A stretch of 64,000 nt of DNA. It comes from Patescibacteria group bacterium. Lineage in GTDB: Bacteria > Patescibacteriota > UBA1384 > XYA2-FULL-43-10. Shown here piece after piece: positions 55,431 to 63,792 of the stretch. Location of the stretch: NCBI GenBank assembly GCA_041674405.1, contig JBAYVT010000005.1, positions 77,047 to 141,046 on the forward strand, written 5' to 3'. A program made the position numbers and the translations under genes. Within the stretch, counting starts at the first letter, position 1. Each line of letters begins with the position of its first letter. The notes under the pieces were generated by a model, which worked only from the letters and a program-made list of their open reading frames with translations, did no database searches and was not told where the DNA came from.

Positions 55431-55465
55431 GGCGAGTCCCACTCCGGGGCTCGCCTGTTGCATTT
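55431..55465 (+). terminator. GC-rich hairpin terminator after the high-GC DUF218-like gene
   Basis: GGCGAGTCCC-actcc-GGGGCTCGCC followed by TGTTGCATTTTAT. It is preceded by a second hairpin TCCGCC-tagt-GGCGGA (55396-55411). Confidence 0.5.
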
Positions 55466-55520
55466 TATCGTCGAACAATCGACGATCGTTCATTTTTCGA
55501 CGATGATCAAATATAAAAAA

Positions 55521-56258
55521 TTATTTCACATTATTCAAAAATTTTTTGCTTTTTAAATTCTTTTCCAAAATAGTTCGTATATACTCATCCAAAATTTGGT
55601 CTATTTCTTGCTCGATACTCTTGTCGAGCTTTAGTTTGCCAATGGTTTCAAAATCATTTTTCTCGATAAACCGCAGCGCTTTTATAAATTCGTTCGATAT
55701 TTTTGTACCCCGACTGGTCGGGGCACAATTCTTGCAGATTACTCCGCCCTCTAAATTGTCCCAATAGTTCTCCCCTTCGGTGATTTTTTCTTTGCAGTTT
55801 ACACACTCATAAAACTCCGGCTGAAATCCTGCTGTTTCAATAAGTTTAAGGGCAAAGGCATTGATCAAAAAGTTCTTTTCATTTTTCTCGATAAGATCGA
55901 GAATTTGCGCGAGAATTTTGTAAGTTTGCTCTGATTTTTCGTTTTCATGCAGAAAATTATCGACAAGTTCGCCGGCTACATAGGCCTTCGCCATTTTGGG
56001 AAGATCGCAGTGCAATTTTGAAAATTCAGAAATAATTTCCGCGCCGGTGATTGTATAAAAAGTTTTGCCCTCATAAAGCTGAAAATCGACAACCATAAAT
56101 GGCTCCAGGTGGCCGCCAAGCCTGGATGTGGATTTTCGGACTCCGCGCGAAATCGCCTTCACCTTACCAAATCGCTCCGTTAAAATCGTCAAAATACGAT
56201 CGGCTTCGCCAAAATTCATACGTTTTATTACGATTCCATTTGTTCTATATGAGTTCAT
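55521..56258 (-). CDS. recO: DNA repair protein RecO
   Basis: Start preferred at MNSYRTNGIVIKRMNFGEADRILT..., overlapping the upstream stop (ATGA). C-terminal zinc-binding Cys pairs are present. Confidence 0.8.
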   Translation of the reverse strand: MNSYRTNGIVIKRMNFGEADRILTILTERFGKVKAISRGVRKSTSRLGGHLEPFMVVDFQLYEGKTFYTITGAEIISEFSKLHCDLPKMAKAYVAGELVDNFLHENEKSEQTYKILAQILDLIEKNEKNFLINAFALKLIETAGFQPEFYECVNCKEKITEGENYWDNLEGGVICKNCAPTSRGTKISNEFIKALRFIEKNDFETIGKLKLDKSIEQEIDQILDEYIRTILEKNLKSKKFLNNVK

Positions 56259-57031
56259 TTTTGAATCGAAATATTTGAATATACAGCATAGGGCTTGTGG
56301 GATAACGTAGCCCACATCTGATCACCGAAAGAATAGTGCCACCACTCGGTAGGGTTATTTACAAACCCTTCTCCAAGCATCACCCAATACAAAAGCCGGC
56401 GATTTTCTCTGAATTCTATTTGTTCAGAATCTTCAATTTCTAATTTTTCCAAGAAATCAGTGAAAACCGACTCTTCCATTTCATCAAATTTTGCTCCCAT
56501 ATTGAGAAATTCTTTCGAGCCGATTTTACATAAAGTTAGATCAACAGCAGCACCAGTGGTATGCGGCGGCGGCGATTTCGGGTCAACTTCCCATGTTCCA
56601 TTCTTGTTCACGTAAGCCCAAAAATTATTAACTTCGTTTTTAATTTTTTCTTCTGACCAATCCTGATGTAATTTTTTGAAATGATGCGGTGCCCACTCAT
56701 CGTGCATAAATTTCTGCACCTCCGGCGGCCGGTATGTGTCGCGAACAAAAAGCTCGACTCCGGCTGGTTTTAATTCCTGATTTATTTTGACTAATTTATC
56801 CGCAACAGTTTTTCGAGCAAAAAGATTTGGTATCGCACCTAAGACCCTGCCGCCATCATCAAGTTTGAAATTGAAGTAATAATTTTCACCGGCGATGCCA
56901 AGTGTTAGAAGATCAACCACATCATCATCTTCTGGCTTGATAGGCAAATCTCTATAACCAAACTTTTGATTTCGAATATCATCAAGATTTGGTATCGGCG
57001 TATTTTTGAATTTTTCAATTTTTTGATTCAT
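56255..57031 (-). CDS. ddpX: D-alanyl-D-alanine dipeptidase (VanX/DdpX, peptidase M15D)
   Basis: 258 aa. Zn-binding and catalytic motifs ...PPHTTGAAVDLTL... and EWWHY. Confidence 0.75.
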   Translation of the reverse strand: MNQKIEKFKNTPIPNLDDIRNQKFGYRDLPIKPEDDDVVDLLTLGIAGENYYFNFKLDDGGRVLGAIPNLFARKTVADKLVKINQELKPAGVELFVRDTYRPPEVQKFMHDEWAPHHFKKLHQDWSEEKIKNEVNNFWAYVNKNGTWEVDPKSPPPHTTGAAVDLTLCKIGSKEFLNMGAKFDEMEESVFTDFLEKLEIEDSEQIEFRENRRLLYWVMLGEGFVNNPTEWWHYSFGDQMWATLSHKPYAVYSNISIQK

Positions 57032-57036
57032 GTGCC

Positions 57037-57786
57037 TTAGTTCTTAATTCTGGATGTTAAAACATTTTCCACTTGTTGTAGTTGTTCTGGTGTGTTTATG
57101 CCGAGAACTTCGGTTTCGTCGGCAATTTTTACCGCACTGATTTTTTTGCCCTGATCTTTAGCCATTTTTATGACATCCGTAAGGTAATATTCACCTTGCG
57201 TATTGTTGGTTTTAATATTTGCTAGATTTTTCCAAAGCCAGAGAGAGTCGAAAACATAAAAAGCCGGATTGCATTCTGTGGTTTTTAGCTGTTCTTCATC
57301 GCAATCTTTGTGTTCAATAATTGCATCAACGTTACCTTCAGTGTTTCGAATTATCCTGCCGTAGCCTGTCGGGTCAGAGTATTCCACGGTAAGCATTGCG
57401 ATCGTTGGTTTTTCATTTGTGTATAGATCGATGAGATTTTTGATCGTTTCGGGTTTGAATAATGGGGCATCGCCGCAACAAACTATGACCGCATCCGATT
57501 TGCCTTCCAGATTTACTCGCGCAGACATTGTCGCATGGCCAGTGCCGAGCTGTTCTTCCTGTACTGCATACTCAACCTGGTCTTTAAAATAATCGCGGAC
57601 AATTTCTTGTTTATATCCCACAACAAGAACAATTTTCTTAAGGCCAGCATCGCATAACGATTGAATCAAATAACTTACTACCGGTTTACCATTCGCCTTA
57701 AACATGACTTTTGGGATTTCTGATCCATTTTCGCTACCCATGCGTTTCCCCTTCCCTGCCGCGAGCACAACTGCTGCAATTTCCAT
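57037..57786 (-). CDS. Sugar-phosphate nucleotidyltransferase (GlmU N-terminal-like NTP transferase)
   Basis: 249 aa. AAVVLAAGKGKRM glycine-rich loop. There is no left-handed beta-helix domain. Confidence 0.65.
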   Translation of the reverse strand: MEIAAVVLAAGKGKRMGSENGSEIPKVMFKANGKPVVSYLIQSLCDAGLKKIVLVVGYKQEIVRDYFKDQVEYAVQEEQLGTGHATMSARVNLEGKSDAVIVCCGDAPLFKPETIKNLIDLYTNEKPTIAMLTVEYSDPTGYGRIIRNTEGNVDAIIEHKDCDEEQLKTTECNPAFYVFDSLWLWKNLANIKTNNTQGEYYLTDVIKMAKDQGKKISAVKIADETEVLGINTPEQLQQVENVLTSRIKN

Positions 57787-57814
57787 TTTGATTTCCTTTC
57801 AATTATTCATGCCC

Positions 57815-57823
57815 ATTATATCA
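57815..57823 (-). promoter_or_regulatory. Extended -10 element (TGATATAAT) for the nucleotidyltransferase gene
   Basis: Minus sense: GGGCCCaattcTGATATAATgggcatgaataattgaaaggaaatcaaaATG. It lies immediately downstream of the palindrome GGGCCCCGAC-tatt-GTCGGGGCCC (57829-57852). Confidence 0.4.
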
Positions 57824-57989
57824 GAATTGGGCCCCGACTATTGTCGGGGCCCTGTGCTCTCCTCCTCTCTCGGCGGAGGATCACCGAGCCAATACGCGAA
57901 TGGCGGCTCGGCCAGTGGGTCATCTTTGAGTATCTCGGCCCAGGTTGTCTTCTCTTCGTTTGTCATCGCTCTCATGATTTCGACACTCC

Positions 57990-58220
57990 TTAGCAAGACA
58001 GATGTTGCCAGCGGCCAGTGCCGTCAGCGTACGAACGCATGCACTTTCCATGGCCACAGCCGATTTCTCCGCATGCAACGCACCTTTTGAGGCTATTGCG
58101 CTCTCTGCCAGTTTTCTTGGACGGAGCATGTAAACCCGCGTCACAGTGGGGGCATTTTCCCCCGTTCGCGGTGATTCTCCAGCTGCGGTTCCTTCTGTTC
58201 TGACGCTTGCTTGTCGCCAT
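57990..58220 (-). CDS. High-GC orphan zinc-ribbon miniprotein
   Basis: 76 aa with CPHC-x18-CVAC and a further ...CGHGKC. SD AAGGAGGccaggATG. Alternative-frame ORFs are low-complexity and treated as spurious. Confidence 0.45.
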   Translation of the reverse strand: MATSKRQNRRNRSWRITANGGKCPHCDAGLHAPSKKTGRERNSLKRCVACGEIGCGHGKCMRSYADGTGRWQHLSC

Positions 58221-58284
58221 CCTGGCCTCCTTGGCTGTTTGGTTTCGAAAAGCTTAACCGGTTTAAGCCCTTCGAGCCAAAAAC

Positions 58285-58312
58285 AAAAAACCGCCCTAGT
58301 GGCGGCCTTTTG
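58285..58312 (-). terminator. Intrinsic terminator of the CYTH-domain gene
   Basis: Minus sense: AAAAGGCCGCC-acta-GGGCGGTTTTTTGTTTTT. The stem sequence is near-identical to the hairpin at 55396-55411. Confidence 0.6.
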
Positions 58313-58410
58313 AAAAATATTTTTAAATCAAATTAAATAAGCCGCCGAGTAGTCGGAATAAGTAGATTGACTTGAATTGCGCGGCATTTGATATTCATAT
58401 TGAGTTGATA

Positions 58411-58902
58411 TTACCCTTTATTCATATAGTTTGCAATATCGGCAAACTTCTTGCCGGCTAGCGATTGGTTGGTTGCCCAGTCCTCTTCGGTAACTTCTCT
58501 CCCAAACCATTTTGGTTTTTCAAACGACTTGGCAGTTTCTTCGTCTGTAGTCGACACCTCGATCAGTGCCAAACCGTCAAGATCGCCTTCAAACTCATCA
58601 ATCATTATCTCAAGGCTGGGATCATCTTTGTATGCATATCTTTTCTTTTTAATGGTTTTCGTCACCACTTTCCAGATTCGGTCAAACTCTTCCTTGTTGA
58701 TTTCAACTTCAAATTCTTCCCTGTATCGCTTATCGCCAGGGATCGCCATCAATTTTCTGGTGATAAAAAACTTGTCTCCAATTTTTCGGACACGTGTGGC
58801 ATCCTCAGCATTTGAAAGGTAGCCCTGCTCTATCTCTGATGATTTTAGTTTGCCAAGTTCCGGTAATTCCGTTGCCAAATAGGTCGATTCGATGTTAATC
58901 AT
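58411..58902 (-). CDS. CYTH-domain protein (triphosphate tunnel metalloenzyme-like)
   Basis: 163 aa. The N-terminal IESTYLATELPE resembles the ExExK motif of CYTH, and acidic residues alternate through the beta strands. Confidence 0.45.
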   Translation of the reverse strand: MINIESTYLATELPELGKLKSSEIEQGYLSNAEDATRVRKIGDKFFITRKLMAIPGDKRYREEFEVEINKEEFDRIWKVVTKTIKKKRYAYKDDPSLEIMIDEFEGDLDGLALIEVSTTDEETAKSFEKPKWFGREVTEEDWATNQSLAGKKFADIANYMNKG

Positions 58903-58909
58903 GTTCCTC

Positions 58910-59644
58910 CTAATTTGTATTCTTAAAATTCAATCTCTTTGAAGTAGCTTCAAACTCGCCTGCAATATCATCGGTTAGTAATCTTGCATTAATCATATCT
59001 CGCACAGCATGCAAATAGTGATCAAAAACATCCGCGTCGTAAAGTCTAACTTCATGATCGCCGAGATTTTTGATTTTCCAGCCGCTGTTGGCGTAGTGGC
59101 TTAGCTCCAATGTTCTTACTTGGAGTAAAGATAAGTTTCTGACCAGCCCCTGGATTGCCTGCTCGCAAAGTTCGGCGAGTACGATTTTCGGTTTGATAAT
59201 CTGTTCCGTTTTTACCGACAAAAGTTTCTCGTACCGTTCCACAAATCCGGCGATATCCGATTTTTTTAATTTGCCGTCCCTGAGAAGAAATTTAATTCTC
59301 TTCAATAAATCATGCTGACCCTGGGTTAGGGTAAATGCTCCAACAAGTAATTCACGGGGAACTTCTGTTTCGGAATTGATAGGGTAGTAACCATGTTGCT
59401 CGTTCTTATAACGATTTATCCAACCGACTATCTCTCGTTTTTGCTCATCAAATTTGATGTCGCTGTCTTTTGCTACCCGGAAGCAACCGTCATCCTTATA
59501 AACAAAGATCCCACCACCGATCCCTGAATAGGGCAAGGTCATTTCCGGATTGGTCGAGAAGGTTGCTCGACCGTCGATAATTGAAAGGCCGTCATTGACT
59601 ATTCGTTCAATAGCAGCCTTTTTTGTTCCGTGAAAATAAAGCAT
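58910..59644 (-). CDS. Hypothetical protein
   Basis: 244 aa, long intact ORF with no motif recognised by eye. Confidence 0.4.
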   Translation of the reverse strand: MLYFHGTKKAAIERIVNDGLSIIDGRATFSTNPEMTLPYSGIGGGIFVYKDDGCFRVAKDSDIKFDEQKREIVGWINRYKNEQHGYYPINSETEVPRELLVGAFTLTQGQHDLLKRIKFLLRDGKLKKSDIAGFVERYEKLLSVKTEQIIKPKIVLAELCEQAIQGLVRNLSLLQVRTLELSHYANSGWKIKNLGDHEVRLYDADVFDHYLHAVRDMINARLLTDDIAGEFEATSKRLNFKNTN

Positions 59645-59686
59645 AAGAAATCATTTCTTGCATACAAATTGTCCGAAAATCTAGTC

Positions 59687-60574
59687 TTAGCGCTGGCAGG
59701 CAGGACAAAAGTGCGTTCCGCGCCCCCCCAAAGTTATTCTTTTAATTTTTCCGCCACATTTTTTGGGGCAATTCTCACCCGTTTTCCTGTACACCTTCAG
59801 ATGTTTGTGAGCCTCGCCAGGGGTTCCGTCGGCTTTAACATATGTATCAGCAGAAGATCCGCCGTATTTCAATCCAAGCTTTAATGATTTTATTATACCA
59901 GAAATAATTTTTTTCCATTCTGCGTCTTTGATATCTTTTACTTTCCGTGTAGGAATTATCCCGGCACAAAACAACGATTCGTCAGCATAAATATTCCCAA
60001 TCCCTGCAATAATTGATTGATCCATCAGAAATAATTTGATTGGTCTATTGGGGATTTTTTTCGCTCGGTTTTTTAAATATTCTACTGAAAATTCACTCGA
60101 AAACGGATCGATACCGATATTCGCAAGTTCTTTAGTTTTTAGATTCTTTAGTTCTTCAGTTGAATACGACCTAACGTAACCAAACCGGCGCAGATCATTG
60201 AAATACAAAACACTTTCATCGTCGAAATGAAAAATTGCTCGCGTATATTTACCCGGCATTTTTTCATGCCAATCTTTCGATGGATGGCCGCCAGCCGTGC
60301 GATTGCGCAGGCAAAATTCTTTCTCTCCGGCACATTTTTCCCAAATAAGCTGACCGGTCATTTTCATATGAATTAGGATTGATTTTTTCGAATCCAATTT
60401 AAAAAGAAGCATTTTCGCGATTCGATCCACATTCAAAATCTTTGCTCCAATGACATCTTCTGGCTTAAGCTGTACGACTTTAGAATCGCGCGATTCGAAA
60501 TCAGATATCGTTTTTCCCTTGATCTTGGCAACCAGCCCTTTTCTGATTGTCTCTACTTCTGGTAGCTCTGGCAT
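59687..60574 (-). CDS. mutM: Formamidopyrimidine-DNA glycosylase (Fpg/Nei family)
   Basis: 295 aa. N-terminal MPELPEVE (catalytic Pro2, Glu3) and a C-terminal zinc finger [25 protein letters not shown]. Confidence 0.85.
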   Translation of the reverse strand: [295 protein letters not shown]

Positions 60575-60582
60575 AAAAATTC

Positions 60583-61578
60583 CTAATTTTCCAAATAAGT
60601 AATCACGGGCATTTTCTTAACTTTTTTAACGACTGCTCCCAATTTTTGACTCGCAGCTTTCATAATCCTTGCAACAGATTCCTGCTCTTCAGTATCGAGC
60701 TCTTCCCAGAAAACAGAGTTTCCCGTTTCAAGTGACAACAATTCTATCACATCATTCGCCGTTAATGGACCAGACTGCAACTCTTCTCTTGGCCTCGTTT
60801 CGAGTGATACTACTAGAGCATCTGTCATATCTTCTTCTGCTATCTTACGTTCTGCTAATTTTATTCCACCCAAGAGGGTTTGCCCATCCGGAGTCGAAGC
60901 ATATTCTTCCTTCCATTCGGCAGGAACAAAGAATCCACTCTCGTGCAACATTCTCATCGCTTGCTGCGGGTCAAGGACACCTGCCCCATTAGCGCGAACA
61001 AATTCGGCAAATCGAGTCGTTAGCTTAGGCAAATTGTATCTGTAAGCTTCGAAATCGCGATCGTAAATTGTAAATAACTTATCCAAATCTCCGAAGTTGA
61101 TTTCTTGCTCCTCGTTTTCTCTATTATAATTTTCCGCCCATTCGGACAATGAATGGCCGGTAGCCTTCGCATAAAATTTCTTCATTTCATCAGCAAGAAA
61201 GGCAACGCTAGCAAGATCAACATCCGCCTCTTTGGCTGTGCCTTGCCACAGATAATGCCGTAGCACTCGGAGAGAAGTCTCTCCTAGAGAATATTTGGTT
61301 TTTCCAACTGAATTAATTTGGTCCAGAACTGATTGTGCCTCTCGTAAAAATCCTAGATTGACATCTAACTCTTCTTTCTCAACTTCGGCAAAAATTCTGC
61401 GCGTTACATGTGACATAGCATTCTCATGAGATTCACCAAAAACGATCTCACCTTCCGGGTAGAAACGCCCTATTATTGGTTCGCAAACTTCAGCAAATTC
61501 TTGTGTTTCTCTCTCCCTTTGCTCAGGAGTTTTCATTTCTTCGCGCTTGATACCTCTCTCATCATTTGGATCAATCAT
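60583..61578 (-). CDS. Hypothetical acidic protein
   Basis: 331 aa ORF operonic with mutM. No recognised motif. Confidence 0.4.
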   Translation of the reverse strand: MIDPNDERGIKREEMKTPEQRERETQEFAEVCEPIIGRFYPEGEIVFGESHENAMSHVTRRIFAEVEKEELDVNLGFLREAQSVLDQINSVGKTKYSLGETSLRVLRHYLWQGTAKEADVDLASVAFLADEMKKFYAKATGHSLSEWAENYNRENEEQEINFGDLDKLFTIYDRDFEAYRYNLPKLTTRFAEFVRANGAGVLDPQQAMRMLHESGFFVPAEWKEEYASTPDGQTLLGGIKLAERKIAEEDMTDALVVSLETRPREELQSGPLTANDVIELLSLETGNSVFWEELDTEEQESVARIMKAASQKLGAVVKKVKKMPVITYLEN

Positions 61579-61782
61579 ATTGTTCCTTTCTGTTCAAATT
61601 ATACCAGATTGTTTATGCTTCGCCGGATTTGACAAATTTTGCGCTTTGATATACGCTAAAAATACCAAGCATCGCATAGCAAAACAAAAATCAATCAAAA
61701 CCAAAGGCACATCAAATGGCCTTTTTATGTTCCAATTTTTTGATTTTTGAATTTTGATTTTTGAATCTGAACGGAGTGAAAT

Positions 61783-62127
61783 ATGGATTTAGAAAATCCC
61801 GGATACTGGAGAAAACTTATCAACCAAGGGATGATTCGATTTTTTCTTTTAAAAGTTCTCTACAAAGACAAAGAAAGTTACGGATATAAGCTAGTCAAAA
61901 GAATTGAAGAATTGTCCGAAGGGATTTGCCGACCGACTGAATCCACCATTTATCCCGCCCTTGATCAGCTTATGAAAGGTGGATATGTGACGATACAAGA
62001 AGTCTCCGCTGGGATGAGGACAAGAAAAGTATATTCTCTAAACGAGCAAGGCAGGAGCGCTTATCGCACTGCCGCCAAAGCATACGGAGAAATAATTCCC
62101 CTACTCCGCGAAGCAATAATGCTCTAA
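61783..62127 (+). CDS. padR: PadR-family transcriptional regulator
   Basis: 114 aa. Winged HTH with GYKLVKRIEELSEGICRPTESTIYPALDQLMKGGYV. Confidence 0.75.
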   Translation: MDLENPGYWRKLINQGMIRFFLLKVLYKDKESYGYKLVKRIEELSEGICRPTESTIYPALDQLMKGGYVTIQEVSAGMRTRKVYSLNEQGRSAYRTAAKAYGEIIPLLREAIML

Positions 62128-62170
62128 AATTGGTTATATTTAAAAATAACAAAATCTTGGTCTAAGATAA

Positions 62171-62214
62171 AAACGTAACAATTCTTCCGCGGTCGCGGAA
62201 GAATTGTTACGTTT
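62171..62214. repeat. Perfect 20-bp-arm palindrome (REP-like element, copy B); a degenerate copy lies at 28882-28925
   Basis: AAACGTAACAATTCTTCCGC-ggtc-GCGGAAGAATTGTTACGTTT. Copy A reads AAACGTAACAATTTTACCGCG-acc-GCGAATAAAGTGTTACAATTT. Confidence 0.6.
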
Positions 62215-62274
62215 CAGGGCTTGATAAGTGCCTAGAAGAAGTAAGATATTTTAAATTCTTGAGTTATAAAAAGT

Positions 62275-62305
62275 TAACAGCGATAAAAAGCAAGAGCGGA
62301 CAGCT
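62275..62305 (-). terminator. Intrinsic terminator of the 106-aa higher-GC gene
   Basis: Minus sense: GCAAGAGC-agctgtcc-GCTCTTGC-TTTTTAT. An alternative GCGGAC/GTCCGC pairing overlaps it. Confidence 0.55.
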
Positions 62306-62323
62306 GCTCTTGCCGTCCGCCGG

Positions 62324-62644
62324 TCACCCGAGAAGCTCGTTATGCCTCACCGGGTTGAAACTCATTACTTCCCATCCATGCTGGGCCTCTTCTAGGAGCA
62401 CGTTTGGGTCATGTTCAACTTCGGTGTACTCGTGCATGAGCATTCCGTCCTCCACTAGCGTGTATGCTTCATTGCCGCTACTGCCACCGTAGTTATACAC
62501 CCTGATCGTCGCAATCCAGGGATCGAGAAGCCCAACCTCCAGCATCCATAAGAATGGCGCACTACCCTCGAACCTGGCAAACCCATTCTGCTCGCGCTGC
62601 CTTTGCAGCTCAAGGAGGATCAACCGCTTTTCTTTTTCGGTCAT
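62324..62644 (-). CDS. Higher-GC orphan hypothetical protein
   Basis: 106 aa. SD GAGGTGA 6 nt from the ATG. A hairpin CAGTATA-gata-TATACTG lies in its upstream region. Confidence 0.45.
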   Translation of the reverse strand: MTEKEKRLILLELQRQREQNGFARFEGSAPFLWMLEVGLLDPWIATIRVYNYGGSSGNEAYTLVEDGMLMHEYTEVEHDPNVLLEEAQHGWEVMSFNPVRHNELLG

Positions 62645-62706
62645 GCTTCGTCACCTCAAAAATCAGTATAGATATATACTGAAAATAAATCAAAAGAGAA
62701 CAAAAA

Positions 62707-63174
62707 TTATTTTGTCGCCGGCGGTTTGGCTCGTTTGCCAAGTAAATTTAGATCAAGATTTTCAATATCGGATAAAATTTTATTAGCATCGGCCGATATT
62801 TTTTGTTGTATATTTTTGTCAGTAATTTTTTGAGAAAAAATGAATTCTATCGTTTTATCAAAATCATTTTTGAATTTAGTGTTAATCTTCTTCCACTCAA
62901 TATCCCTGAACGCTTCCGCTTCAGTTTCATCATACTTTATCACACTGCTTAGCATTAAAAATGCAATTGAAGGATATCCTAAATAACCCTGCCAATACGA
63001 TCCATTGTCATTTGACATAATAGAATGTGAATCGGGGTTGTACACAACATCATAGTATTTCAAACCGTCAGATGAATAAACCTTAGCACTATTTCCATTT
63101 ATATGAACCCTATTGTCAGCAATAGACCCCAAAGCTTCATATATCTTAATCTTTGGTGGCAATTTCCACTTCAT
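62707..63174 (-). CDS. Hypothetical protein
   Basis: 155 aa ORF; the stop/start is contiguous with the pspC-domain gene. Confidence 0.4.
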   Translation of the reverse strand: MKWKLPPKIKIYEALGSIADNRVHINGNSAKVYSSDGLKYYDVVYNPDSHSIMSNDNGSYWQGYLGYPSIAFLMLSSVIKYDETEAEAFRDIEWKKINTKFKNDFDKTIEFIFSQKITDKNIQQKISADANKILSDIENLDLNLLGKRAKPPATK

Positions 63175-63639
63175 TTACTGGTCCATCCTGGAAAAAATTA
63201 CTGCTAATCCAACAATGATAAGGATGAGGGGCCAAAGTTTGATGATGTGGGCAAAGGAAACAAAATTATTAGTCAAAAAAATTAAGCCGATGAAAATTAG
63301 AATGATTGCAAAGATGATTGTACCATCGCGGCGGCCTTTTGTTTTGGCAACATCTTTAACCTCGGATTTAAATTCTCGGGCAGCTCTTTTCATATTTTCT
63401 TTTGGGTCCGACTTGCCCCTTTTTGAACCGGCCAGATCTTCAAAATATGATATTTCCCCTTCTTTTGGTACAACAAGCCACATAATTATATAAACTAAAA
63501 CACCCGACCCACCCAAAAGAGTGAAGGCAACAAAAATAATCCTGACAATGTTTGGGTCAATGTCGAAATATTCTCCTAAACCGCCACAGACTCCGGCAAC
63601 CATTTTGTCTTTTTTTGAGCGCATTAGATTTTTTGCCAT
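63175..63639 (-). CDS. PspC-domain membrane protein
   Basis: 154 aa. MVAGVCGGLGEYFDIDPNIVRIIFV is the PspC domain signature. Two TM regions. Confidence 0.65.
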   Translation of the reverse strand: MAKNLMRSKKDKMVAGVCGGLGEYFDIDPNIVRIIFVAFTLLGGSGVLVYIIMWLVVPKEGEISYFEDLAGSKRGKSDPKENMKRAAREFKSEVKDVAKTKGRRDGTIIFAIILIFIGLIFLTNNFVSFAHIIKLWPLILIIVGLAVIFSRMDQ

Positions 63640-63670
63640 GATGCTCCTATAAAAAATTATGGATAAACCA

Positions 63671-63699
63671 TTGACCTAATTTAATCTATATTCTATACT
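63671..63699 (+). promoter_or_regulatory. Sigma70-type promoter of the Cys-rich micro-ORF
   Basis: TTGACC, 17 nt, TATACT; about 36 nt upstream of the micro-ORF ATG. Confidence 0.45.
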
Positions 63700-63735
63700 A
63701 TTAATACTAAATTAGTAACCTTTTGAAAGGCAAAT

Positions 63736-63792
63736 ATGACAGATCCAAAAGATGAGGGATGCGGAAACTGCGGCGGATGCTGCGGTTGCTAA
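63736..63792 (+). CDS. 18-aa cysteine-rich micro-protein MTDPKDEGCGNCGGCCGC (candidate small protein or coding sRNA)
   Basis: ATG preceded by gaaaggcaaat (weak SD). Six Cys in the last ten residues. An intrinsic terminator follows immediately. Not in the ORF track (under 60 aa). Confidence 0.4.
   Translation: MTDPKDEGCGNCGGCCGC

Noticed and set aside
57704-58144. Alternative ORFs in island 4 (plus 57704-58090 and 58018-58203, minus 57920-58144)
   Set aside because: They are Ser/Gly/Arg-rich low-complexity products running into the neighbouring low-GC gene. The 76-aa zinc-ribbon frame has a strong SD and a Cys4 pattern.
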